A stretch of 63,461 nucleotides of DNA, filler included, from Octopus bimaculoides (taxonomy: Eukaryota): NCBI RefSeq assembly GCF_001194135.2. It is 5 parts of 5 records of this genome, joined end to end, with 100 filler letters (N's around TTAATTAATTAA, not from the genome) between each part and the next. Parts side by side here need not be neighbours in the genome. Positions count along the whole stretch, not along the records: positions 1 to 16,764 come from NC_068999.1; positions 16,865 to 33,173 come from NC_068983.1; 3 more parts are not named here. One strand, written 5' to 3'. Made by a program: the position numbers and the translations under genes. The notes below the pieces were generated by a model. It was given only the letters and a program-made list of their open reading frames with translations. It ran no database searches and had not been told where the DNA came from. Positions 13,000 to 23,939 of the stretch are shown in pieces; the stretch's first letter is position 1, and the number at the start of each line of letters is the position of its first letter.

Positions 13000-13920
13000 T
13001 GTAACACTGTCCATCCACCCACTATTCCTGGGCAGGTTGAGTTGTTGGGGTAGTATCATCAGACACTTCTTCCATAGGGTCCTATCAGAAGCAATCATTG
13101 TTACACTTTGTGACCAGATTCCCAAGTGTGACCAACTGAGACCATGGATATTATTCAACCATCTCATTCTTGGACCACTCCTAGGTCTCCTACTCCTACA
13201 GTTAGCTCTTGCAATTCTTTCCTGTGACATTCTAATCACATGTCCAGTGACATTCTAATCACATGTGGAAAAGTAGCAGTTTGACTTGGAAAAACGCTCT
13301 AGTCTCTGAGCTATGTACCCTGTCAAGTAACATTACTCTAGAGATCCTTTGGAAGAATCCCATTTCTGTGTGACCACAACTCTTTCATTATCTAACATTC
13401 ATGATCGCAGGTGAGGACTGGCACAAAAACCAAAATGTAGGTAGCAAGCTTGGCATTCTTACTAACCTCTCCTCTTTTGAGTGTTGAATGCTGGAGCTGA
13501 TGCACATGCAATTCCAGTATCTAATTCAGCCTCCTGCTTCCCATTACTTGTGAATAAGGCCCTGAGATACTTTAAATTTTTTCACTTGTCTCTGATGTTC
13601 CACTAACATGCAGAGTGCACTGGGAAGACTTTCTTGAGAGGACCAATGTCTCAATTTTCACAACACTGATTCTCATCTCTACCATACAGCATTTGGCAGT
13701 GAACCTATGTAGTAGTATATTGTGGAGATCACCTTCTGATGAACCAAATCGCTCTGCATTGTTTGCAAATATCAGCTGATCACTCCTACACCTACCAATT
13801 GTGGTACCACTTCCATAATAGCTGCACATGTCAATCCAGTTGATAAAATTTATGGAAAGTATTGAGGTGACAATACATTCCCTTGCTGAAGTCTAATGCC
13901 AATATTGAAAAGTTTTGACT
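13000..13920 (-). mobile_element. Degraded RTE-clade LINE fragment
   Basis: LIFANNAERFGSSEGDLHNIL...MRISVVKIETLV (cf. LLFADD...MRISTSK) and C-terminal RPRSGPRMRWLNNI...DRTLWK. Confidence 0.7.
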
Positions 13921-14235
13921 TAGCATCATTCACATGAACCCCCTTTTTTTGGTGATGGGTGCTACTGTTGCTGCCTCTTCTTTTTTATCTTCTTTTACCA
14001 CTTTGTCAGGAAGGGAAGAACAGTGATCATGACCTTTTACTTTTTCAAGGCCACTGAGATATACCAGAGGAAGTTATCCAGAGACTTGGTCTAAATCCTT
14101 ATAGCAAAGTGAACTCTGCTAAAGGCACCCAATAGTAGCCCAGTGGTGGTGTTAACCCTTTTTTATACCAAATTGTCTGAGTTTGCCCTTAGTTTTATGA
14201 TACAAACTTCTTTTAAAGTAATCTAAATTAAAACT

Positions 14236-14574
14236 ATTGCAGCGTGGAAGGTGTTTATAAGCCATTTAAAATAATACACAAAAGCCGTCAGATTCACTTC
14301 AACATTTAAATTTAATTTGTCAAAATATTTTCGTTGCTTTGAGACCGCGACCTGTTCACTGACAAAATTGTGCTGCATCTCAATTTTGTCAGTGAACAAG
14401 TCGCGGTCTCAAAGCGACGAAAATATTTTGACAAATTAAATTTAAATGTTGAAGTGAATCTGACGGCTTTTGTGTGTTATTTTAAATGGCTTATAAACAC
14501 CTTCCATGCTGCAATTGTTTTCGTTCCAGCATACGATCTCAGATCAGGTCACTTGCTATGCAAGTACATTTCCG
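14236..14574. mobile_element. Palindromic Penelope-like pLTR insertion with 12-bp TSD
   Basis: 135-bp inverted arms 14236-14370 / 14381-14515 (4 mismatches). TSD taaattaaaact at 14224-14235 and 14575-14586; empty site in the paralogous MITE near 38604. PLE assignment is inferred from structure and the hammerhead. Confidence 0.7.
14385..14435 (+). ncRNA. Type I minimal hammerhead ribozyme-like motif, G3-C8 core variant
   Basis: TTTGTCA-GTGAACA-A-GTCGC-ggtctcaaa-GCGAC-GAA-AATATT-T-TGACAAA: stem I 7 bp, stem II 5 bp, palindromic stem III, predicted cleavage after 14428. Confidence 0.65.
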
Positions 14575-15839
14575 TAAATTAAAACTGTCCAGTAAAATTT
14601 AATGCTAACTTATATTCTTAACACCAATTTAACTACAACAAAGTTATTTTATTATTTTAAAAATCAATTGAAGCAAAGGCAGTGCATTTCAACAGTTACA
14701 AAAGTGTTAAACTTGGTGATGAATTAAGTCTACTATCCAAGAACTCAGAATGCAAAGAACAAGTACAAATACTACAAGATGTCCTTGTCCTATTCTCTAA
14801 CAATTCTTTGCCATGCTCTAGTACTTTACTTTATCAACTCTGTGAAAGTCAAAATTGACCATGAGAAGATTTGAACTCAGTATGCAGAGGGTCAGAACAA
14901 ATACTGCATATACACATCTGATACTCTTTTCCATGAATCCTCTTCTCTGGACTACTATTTTAGTTTATCAACCCTGAATGGGATGCAATATGTTTTTAAG
15001 GAATGAGGAAAATATTTTTTGAAAGAATACATACACATTGAGAGATGGGTGCAGGACAAGAGGAATTGTTACATTTCTGTTTTCACTGCTTACAGAATCA
15101 TATTAACTGGTACTGTATTATGGCATAATGCCTCTATTAGAAAACAATTAAATGTTGCTGCTGCCCTATAAATGCTGCTACAGACAGTGTCAAGAAGGTC
15201 ACAATTTCTCGTCTCAGTAATTGATTTGGCAGAATTGTTACTATGCCAAGCACAATGCTTAGTGCATTTCTTCTGGCATTATGTTGTGATTTCAAATATG
15301 ACCAAAGTTAACTTAGCCTTTTCTCTTTTTGGGGGTTGTTAAAATAAATAGCTGTTGAGCACTAAGGTCGTTGCAATCAACTAGCCCCCTCCCTCAAAAT
15401 TTCAGGCCTTGTTGCCTACAGAAGGAAGAAACAACAGTTGACTTACAGTCACCTCCCTTGTATATCTATGAATGCAAATGTATGTATATGTACATTATAA
15501 GTATGTTTGTGTGTGTGTGTGTATATCTATAATACATTAAAAGTCAGTTTGAATATTGCTTGCTTGCAGCCCAACTGGTGCATAATGGGAAAATACTATG
15601 AATTAAGTTTACACTGAAATGTTAATATGAACAGAATGAAACCAGTTTTGTGTAAATTGGTAAAGTGGTTTTCAAGATATTAGAGATTTTGGGGGTATAA
15701 ATACCCAAAATGGTGCATATTCTGAAAATAATCTTCATCCCGAAAGGGAAAAAAAATCTTATCTGTCTATTAGAGAGTGAGTTGACAATGAAAAAATACA
15801 ATTTTTGTTTTTTACAGTAAATGTTTCTATTCTCGCTTT

Positions 15840-16410
15840 TGTTAAACACAATATTTTAATCATTTAGAAATATTTTTAAGTGAATGTGATTTCAAAATTG
15901 TAAGTTGTTTGTACAGTAAGGATTTATATTTTAACTTTTTTTATACAGACAATATTTTGATGTTCTTTTAAATTTATTTTCAAGTGAATACTATTACAAA
16001 AATTTTTTTGGCATATTTAAAAAATATTCCGAAGTGAAAATGACTTTAAAATACGGTAAATATTTCGTAAAAGACCCATTCGTAACCTCAATGTGGAATA
16101 GTTTTTCTCCATAGGTTTTTTTTGATTGCATTCGACATATTTAGCTGCTATTTCTAGCATGCTGTGCTACCATGTAACAGCTATTAGTGATAAAGGACCC
16201 AAAACACCTGTTACGTGGTAGTAGGGCATGCAAGAAATAGCAGCCAAATCTTTTCTTTCCTGGGGAAAGGAGCTGTTTACATGTGATTTCGATGTCACAT
16301 TCATTGAAAGCATGTAAAATAACCTGGAAAAGAAAAAAAAAAAAAACCCACGAAACAAAACTCTGTTGTTGGGAAACTCAGAGTTTCCTGGTGACCCAAT
16401 GGGTCATGCA
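15840..16410. repeat. Unclassified interspersed repeat, copy 1 (copy 2 at ~39715-40670)
   Basis: Blocks 15840-15990 and 16120-16410 align by eye with 39715-39857 and 40375-40670. Confidence 0.8.
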
Positions 16411-16452
16411 TAATCTAGTATCTATAGTATATATAGATGCAGCACGGAATTA

Positions 16453-16764
16453 TATCATCATCATCATCATCATCGTCGTCGTTTAACGTCCGATTTCCAT
16501 GCTAGCATGGGTTGGACGATTTGACTGAGGACTGGTGAAACCAGATGGCTACACCAGGCTCCAATCTGATTTGGCAGAGTTTCTACAGCTGGATGCACTT
16601 CCTAACGCCAAACACTCAGAGAGTGTAGTGGGTGCTTTTACGTGCCACCGGCACGAAGGCCAGTCAGGCAGTTCTGGCAACGGCCACGCTCAAAATGGTG
16701 TATTTTATTTGCCACCCGCACAAGAGCCAGTCCAGCGGCACTGGCAACGATCTCGCTCGAAAGT
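16453..16764 (-). mobile_element. RTE LINE 3' UTR with (GAT)n tail
   Basis: Closely similar to the 3' end of the RTE at 34131-34450; contains the ggatgc.cttcctaacgcca motif. Confidence 0.85.
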
Positions 16765-16864
16765 NNNNNNNNNNNNNNNNNNNNNNNNNNNNNNNNNNNN
16801 NNNNNNNNTTAATTAATTAANNNNNNNNNNNNNNNNNNNNNNNNNNNNNNNNNNNNNNNNNNNN

Positions 16865-16923
<59 letters not shown>

Positions 16924-17098
16924 ATGCGTGCACGCGCGTGTCTGCGTGCGCATATGTGTTTGTAAACGAAAAGCGTCAAGAAATGCCACACGAAACTATA
17001 TTGAATATTTGAAAAAAATGTACTGAAATCTTTATGCTGAAATTTTGGTATAAACGAAATGTTTATGTAACCTTTATAAAATCACTCGAAATCTCAGA

Positions 17099-17368
17099 TT
17101 ATATACATTGTTCAAATTGATTTGCCAGTTGTAAAAGGGTTATAAAAAACAGAGTTACGAAACTGATTCGGCTAATTGTACCAGCGTTGCAAAAGAATTG
17201 AATTGCTTCTAACGGCTTTGTGAGTTTGCAGTCCATAGCACGAAGACATGAAATCTTATCGCAATTGTCTTTTTCCCAGCATTTTTCCGTTTCATGCATT
17301 TTGCAATCAGCGTAAGCCGCTGTCACAACAGCAAGCAAAACCAGAACAGTTACAAAAAGTGAATTCAT
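17099..17368 (-). CDS. Uncharacterised small secreted Cys-rich protein with GPI-anchor-like C-terminus (89 aa)
   Basis: Signal peptide MNSLFVTVLVLLAVVTAAYA; six Cys spaced C-x7-C-x5-C-x4-C-x5-C-x12-C; small residues NAG, short spacer, hydrophobic ISFVTLFFITLL tail. Purine at -3; non-repetitive sequence; CRE cluster upstream. Confidence 0.8.
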   Translation of the reverse strand: MNSLFVTVLVLLAVVTAAYADCKMHETEKCWEKDNCDKISCLRAMDCKLTKPLEAIQFFCNAGTISRISFVTLFFITLLQLANQFEQCI

Positions 17369-17409
17369 TCCGAGTTTTTGATTTTCAAAGGCTTTCTTTT
17401 TTCAAAAAG

Positions 17410-17517
17410 ATTGGCTATAACTTTTGTTGCAGGCTTTTTACTTCGTCACTTTTTGGATCATACTAAGTTTGTTTACTAATCGATGACGTGATTACAATTC
17501 AGTTGGAATGACGTCAT
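17410..17517 (-). promoter_or_regulatory. Candidate proximal promoter: CCAAT plus three CRE/ATF sites
   Basis: Palindrome ATGACGTCAT 17508-17517; TGACG half-sites 17484-17488 and 17444-17448 (minus); CCAAT (minus) near 17410; 40-150 bp upstream of the ATG at 17368. Confidence 0.55.
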
Positions 17518-17775
17518 CGTGAAGAGTGATAAGATTTTTTGAGGACTGTAAACTAACAAAAACATTACAAATAAATAAATACAATACCATTGCGACGCTT
17601 CTATAATTAACGAAGCCAATTTCATAATCCTGATTCTTGTTATCTCCTAACAACCTATGAATCAGTTTGAAAAAAAAAAAAAAACATTTAAATAATTTCA
17701 TGCTGCTTAAGACTTTTATAACTTTTCACCTGTTTTTATCATAAACTTTTACCATAGAATTGTCTTCAAACTTTT

Positions 17776-17812
<37 letters not shown>

Positions 17813-17822
17813 NNNNNNNNNN

Positions 17823-17861
<39 letters not shown>

Positions 17862-18099
17862 CTCTCTCTCACTATATACATATGTATGTGTATACGCGCG
17901 TGTGTGCGTATGCGCGAATGGCTGCGTATGAATGTCGGTGCGCACGTGTGTGTGTGTGTGTGTGCGTGCGCGCGCACGCGTGTATGTTTCAACTGATAGA
18001 ACTTCAAATCTCAGACTGTAATTAATCTTGGTTCAACTATCAGGATGAAACCTTTTCACCAATAACACTTGTTATTCATTACTTAACAAACCTAGCCGC

Positions 18100-19790
18100 T
18101 ATACGAGTTGTTCTAATTTCTCTCACGTTAATCTTGAGTGAGATTAAGTCATGCGAACTTAGCAATGGTGAGAAAATAAACCACTACCTGTTTATGGATG
18201 ACTTGAAATTATTTGCCAAAAGTGAGAAAGCTTTAGACTCATTGGTCTAGACTAATTAGAGTTGTGAGTGACGACACTTGTATGAAGTTTGGAAAAGATT
18301 AGTGGGCGGTGTTATAAGGAGAAAAACTATCCAAGCCAAAAGGATTTAAATTCCCATATGAAATATTAATAAAAGCAATGAATGAAGGTAACAGTGACAA
18401 ATAGGTTCAAGAAATGAAGGAGAAGAAATGGATATTGTTGGGGAGTAAAAAAGGCGCTAACTCAAAACGGAGTAGAGAGAAAAGCATCTCTGCTGTAGGG
18501 ACATGGGTAGCGCCTTTAATACGATATTCTCTGCTTTCCTGAATTAGATTAGAGAAGAACTAAGAGACATAGACAGTTAAACTAGGAATACATTGGCCAT
18601 GTATAGATCATAACATGTTGATGGGTTTTGCTTACTACAGAAGGAAGGAAGGAGAGGACTGATATCAATAGAAGATTGCACAGAAATAGCAGGACGTGAC
18701 ATAGAAGTGTATATGAGAAATAGTAGAAAAAAACTGATTTCAGTTGCCAGAGGAGAGGAGAAAGAAACTGTGGTGACCACCAAAGAATAAAAGAAAAGAA
18801 GACAAGAGCGAGGAAGAAATATCTGGGTGGCAGGAAAGGGTTGCAAACACAGGCAAACGCAGGATACTGCAGCAGACGAAATTTTGGATATGGTTGAAGA
18901 ATAGAGATTCTAGAAAGAACCAGAAAGACTCATTATGGCTGCTAAAAGTCAGGCATTATAAACGAATGCAGCGAGCTGGCAGAATCGTTAGCACGCCGGG
19001 CGAAATGCTTAGCAGTATTTCGTCTGTCACTACGTTCTGAGTTCAAATTCTGCCGAGGTCGACTTTGCCGTTCATCCTTTCAGGGTCAATGAAATAAGTA
19101 CCAGCCAAGTGTTGCGGTTGATTTAATCGACTAGCACCCCCAACAAAAAAAATGTCAGGCCTTGTGCTTATAGTAGAAAGGATTATAAACGAATGTCATT
19201 AAGGCAAAAGATGACAACTGCGGAAAGTGTTAAGAGCAGATTGTACAACGACAAAAGATGAGTCCGATGCGCACATAATAAATAATTGTATATCTTTGGT
19301 ACATAAAGAATATAAACACCGATACAATTGAGCAGCCAAAGCATTATACTGGATATATTACATTAAAGAGATTTTGAAGTAAACAAAATGTACCAACACT
19401 AACCGGAGAGTGTGACAAAGAATGATCTGTTTAAGGTTTTATGGGACTTTACTATACAGACTAATTGAGATTCAAAAAAGACGATCAGATATTATCATTC
19501 TAGAAAGATATCAAGAGAGTGCATCCTCACAGATGCGACTGTGTGAGCTGTAGTGCTTAAAGGAAGGAAGAAATAAGAAAATATGAAGACTTAGCAAGGG
19601 AAATGCGAGGATTGTGGATGGTTTCTACAAAATTAATCCCAGTAGTTATAGACGTCCTAGGTACCGTTATCAACTGACTTAGTGGTTCCTTTACTGAGAT
19701 AGAAGTAACTACAAAAATTGCATTAATACAGAAATCTGTTCTAACAAGAAAGAGCAAGGATTGTTTCAAAGGTCCTCGAAATCTAAGGAA
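18100..19790 (+). mobile_element. Degraded R4/Dong-clade retrotransposon (RT C-terminus to RLE), interrupted by a SINE
   Basis: NHYLFMDDLKLFAK near 18180 and IRKYEDLAREMRGLW...IPVVIDVLGTV near 19570-19670. Confidence 0.8.
18969..19181 (+). mobile_element. tRNA-derived SINE (family C, Deu/Nin-like central motif), full length with TSD
   Basis: A-box-like gctggcagaatcg, B box gagttcaaatt, central ttcatcctttc.gggtc.at.aaataagtaccag; 14-bp direct repeat attataaacgaatg at 18955-18968 and 19182-19195. Confidence 0.85.
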
Positions 19791-19900
19791 ACGAGTCGAG
19801 ATGCGATATCAAGAATATTGATTCCAAATGTAACACATCTATGCACACCGTTATAGATAAATAAATATATGGATTTTATGTTTTTTTTAATTTCCAATTT

Positions 19901-20100
19901 TTTTTTACTTGTGTCAGCCATTTGACTGCGCATGCTGGAGCACCGCTTTTAGTCGAACAAATCGATCTTAGGACTTATTCTTCGTAAGTCTAGTACTTAT
20001 CCTATCGGTTTCTTTTGCCAAGCCGCGAAGTTATGGGGACGTAAACACACCAACAACGGTTGTCAAGCGTTGGTGGGGAGACAAACACAGACACACAAAC
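19901..20100 (-). mobile_element. 3' half of SINE family A
   Basis: Matches 58302-58505. Confidence 0.85.
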
Positions 20101-20132
20101 ACATACATACATACATACATACATACATTCAT

Positions 20133-20170
<38 letters not shown>

Positions 20171-20377
20171 TTGAAATTTACAAACAAACAGAAGACGAAG
20201 ACAGGTGTATAAACAACAAACAGGTGTATTAGTTTGACGTTCGGGAAGGTCAGAAAGTCTTTTACGCTCTTCAACAGACAGGAACACGATAAAATAAACA
20301 GAGAGAGAATGAATAAAGAGAGAATGAAAAGAGAGAGAATATAAAAACTTGTGGATTTAGCGGTCAATATATATATA

Positions 20378-20781
20378 TCGTAAATCTTCGAGTATAATCC
20401 GCACTTTTTCCCAAAATTTAAAGGTCAAAATTTCTAGCTCGTACTATATACGAGGTTAAAAATGAAAAATTTTCTAAGTGATAAATATGTAAAGGCAATT
20501 TACTTAATATTTATTTTTCAATGACGTTCTTACTGTTATTTCTTTATTTTCTGCAAAGTGCACAAAAAAAAGCTACACGTTTGCATTATGTTATATATAC
20601 AGTAATAATAAAGGACGTTACCGTATATACGTTTACAAACCAAGGACGTTATATTGACCTCATTGACTCAAGTTAGAGAAGGGGTGCGCATTATACACAA
20701 GATTTAAGTTTTTCAGAGGTACAGCCCCCTAAAAATCCCCTGCGTATTATACTCAAGGGCGGACTATACTCGAGGATTTAC

Positions 20782-20783
<2 letters not shown>
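20378..20783. mobile_element. Tc1/pogo-type MITE, 406 bp, TA flanks
   Basis: TIRs tcgtaaatcttcgagtataatccgc / gcggactatactcgaggatttacgg, both bounded by TA. Confidence 0.85.
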
Positions 20784-20818
<35 letters not shown>

Positions 20819-21539
20819 TAAGGGCATTATTACAGAAAATAATAACGCCACACAGTGGACTTCTCAAAATAACCACATTTAGTACCTAATGCGAGGAAAA
20901 ACAACCAACAGAAGACGACCAACTTTCTTTTAAATAAACTTAACTGTGTATCNNNNNNNNNNNNNNNNNNNNNNNNNNNNNNNNNNNNNNNNNNNNNNNN
21001 NNNNNNNNNNNNNNNNNNNNNNNNNNNNNNNNNNNNNNNNNNNNNNNNNNNNNNNNNNNNNNNNNNNNNNNNNNNNNNNNNNNNNNNNNNNNNNNNNNNN
21101 NNNNNNNNNNNNNNNNNNNNNNNNNNNNNNNNNNNNNNNNNNNNNNNNNNNNNNNNNNNNNNNNNNNNNNNNNNNNNNNNNNNNNNNNNNNNNNNNNNNN
21201 NNNNNNNNNNNNNNNNNNNNNNNNNNNNNNNNNNNNNNNNNNNNNNNNNNNNNNNNNNNNNNNNNNNNNNNNNNNNNNNNNNNNNNNNNNNNNNNNNNNN
21301 NNNNNNNNNNNNNNNNNNNNNNNNNNNNNNNNNNNNNNNNNNNNNNNNNNNNNNNNNNNNNNNNNNNNNNNNNNNNNNNNNNNNNNNNNNNNNNNNAAAT
21401 CGGCCGATACACAGTTAAGTTTATTTAAAAGAAAGTTGGTCGTCTTCTGTTGGTTGTTTTTCCTCGCATTAGGTACTAAATGTGGTTATTTTGAGAAGTC
21501 CACTGTGTGGCGTTATTATTTTCTGTAATAATGCCCTTA

Positions 21540-21574
<35 letters not shown>

Positions 21575-21738
21575 CGATGAGCTTCTTTCAGTTTCCGTCA
21601 ACCAAATCCACTCACGAGGCTTTGGACGGCCCGAGGCTATAGTAGAAGCCACTTTCCCAAGGTGCCACACAGTGGGACTAAATCCGGAACCATGTGGTTG
21701 GGAAGCAAGCTTCTTACCACACAGCCCCGCCTGCCCCT
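21575..21738 (-). mobile_element. 5' half (tRNA head plus CORE-like domain) of SINE family A
   Basis: Matches 58561-58725; contains the ccttgggaaagt CORE-like motif on the minus strand. Confidence 0.85.
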
Positions 21739-23053
21739 GTATGTATATGTTTAATAGATATACATTTTGCTGCCCCGCATAGATACACTACAGTAGATTT
21801 GGTACAAAAATTTGAGAATCAGTCCGATTAGTATCTACGTAAACAAACTCTGACGGCTCTTATGAAAAAGGAAACTAGTCGGTCTGTTCCTCACTTTTAG
21901 CTGCCGAAGCTCTTGTGCTTTGTTCACGGTATATATTTTCACAGCAAGTCAAAGTATATGTTTATTAGATATATCGCAATATAATTTCTCTTGTTTATGT
22001 ACGTGTGTGTGTAATTGCGCCTATTTGTGTATGTGTATGTGTGTGTATGTGTGCGTGTGCATGCGCGCGCGCCTGTCTCTGCGTCTTTTCTACGACCGTG
22101 GATATGTATGATTCTGTAAGAATTTTTCTTGCCCTAAAGTTACAAAACATTCTTAAAAAGAGACTATATAAAAAATAAAAAAATATCCATCATCACAGAA
22201 TAATATGTTTCGTTTGTTTATGAAAAATAAAAGGTTTCCTGTCATAGAGTTTCTTAAATGAAGTTTTCATTTGACTTTTGTCTTTAATTACTAATGGCGC
22301 CTATAAATACCCGAAAGGTTTCGTGAGTTTCAAAGGTTTTGCTTTCTCCAAGCAGGCGGCTTTATTAAAATTTTCCTTTGATGTGGTTAACAGTTTAGAA
22401 GTAGTCCGTTTCTCAGGATTTTCTAAATGTTTTAAATAAATGAGTAAACTCACAACTTTTTTTTCTCATGAAGAATATCAATTCCTTTTCTTTTGCATAT
22501 TGGTACAAGAGCTGACATTTGTAGAGAATAGTTATAAAAGACTAAATCGAAATCCAGTAAATTACTGGTATTTGTTTTATCAACCCGTAAAAAAGGAAGA
22601 AAGACATATTAAAAAAATAAACGACGTGATATAAAATAAAAGCAATTAAATAATTAAATACTGCACAGCAAGTAACATGATTCTGTTAAAAAGCTTTCAC
22701 TTTTCAGAGGTATTTGACGGTGTAAATAGAACAGGAAATACCAATTTCATTTGTTAATACCATTTTGGCCCTTACATACTAATATTAATGCTTAAGGTGT
22801 ATTTCATAGAGATACACTTCTTACTGCTTCACCATTATGTAATGAATAAATTCCTATAAAAAGATGTACTACTGTAAATACTTGTATTAATTTCTGTTGA
22901 TGGCGCTGCAATTTAAAATGATAACTTCTTGGCATCTCAAATACAACTGTCAAATCTCTAATCATATCTGAAAAATAAAAATGTCTGATTAAAAATCAGT
23001 GAATCAAAAACCAAAGTAATCTTTGTTAACTATTTGAATTTTACAACCATATA

Positions 23054-23235
23054 CTGTATTTTAACGTGTATAAGGGACCCTCATGTATAAGGACTCCCCT
23101 AATTTTTAGGACCTAAAATTTTAGAAAAAAAGGTTTTGTAAGGGATTATAATAGTATCCATGTATAAGAAACTCCCATATTTTTCTAACCTAATTTTTGA
23201 CAAAAAAGGGGTTCCTTATACACGTTAAAATGCGG
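23054..23235. mobile_element. Tc1/pogo-type MITE, 182 bp, TA flanks
   Basis: TIRs ctgtattttaacgtgtataaggga / ttccttatacacgttaaaatgcgg. Confidence 0.85.
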
Positions 23236-23636
23236 TATATCGCCTTTGGAGGCAAACTACCTCATGTCACAGACTGTTCGTATTTTGGATGTGACTTGTC
23301 AGACAGTAGAGATATTCCTGGACTCCAGAAGTCAAGAAGGCGGAATACTGGATTGAGCAATATTTTCACGAATTGGTTTGCATTAGGTGTAACAAGAGGA
23401 AAGTGTATCGAGTGACATCAGGGTGCAAGCAAGGTACAGATTGGAAGTTTAGAATATTAAAAGACTTGTTGCCGTCGCAGTTAATCGAGACAAGAGAGAG
23501 GAGAGAAGGAGAGAAAGAGAAAGAGGAATGTGTATGCGTGTGTGTGTGTGTGTGTATAATTTAGATTTCGCTCAGGTATAGCAATACTAATAATTTGTTG
23601 TTAGAACTCAAATTCAGTATCATATAATTATATTGT

Positions 23637-23885
23637 GTGGAGGCGCGTGGCCTAGCGGTTAGGGTGTCAGCACCATGATATAAGATTGTGGTTTCGATTC
23701 CTGGACCGGGTGACGCGTTGTGTTCTTGAGCAAAACATTTCATTTCACGTTGCTCCAGTCCACTCAGCTGGCAAAAATAAGTAACGCTGCGATGGACTGG
23801 CGTCCCGTTCAGCTGGGGAACACATACGCCATTGAAACCGGGAAACCGGGCCCATGAGTCTGGCTAGGCTTTAAAAGGGCGCATT
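23637..23885 (+). mobile_element. tRNA-derived CORE-type SINE (family D)
   Basis: A box tggcctagcgg, B box ggtttcgattcc, then gttcttgagcaaaaca CORE-like segment. Confidence 0.8.
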
Positions 23886-23939
23886 TATTTTATATTTTTT
23901 ACGTATGTATGTTTTATCTTTGAGTTTAATTTAAGTTCT

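Larger units (their letters stand above)
14154..14710. mobile_element. TTAA-bounded MITE-like element hosting a later insertion; related copy ends at 38739
   Basis: Starts ttaaccctttt and ends aaagtgttaa; internal sequence matches ~38570-38739, which ends ggtaacaaaaaaggttaa. Confidence 0.5.

Noticed and set aside
16809-16820. TTAATTAATTAA islands between N runs (also ~33218, ~49696, 56711)
   Set aside because: The identical 12-mer has stops in all six frames and is always embedded in gaps: an assembly spacer, not biology.
20250-20285. Possible hammerhead on the minus strand (CTGTTGA-AGAGCGT)
   Set aside because: No GAAA or closing stem II strand in this copy; cannot be supported.
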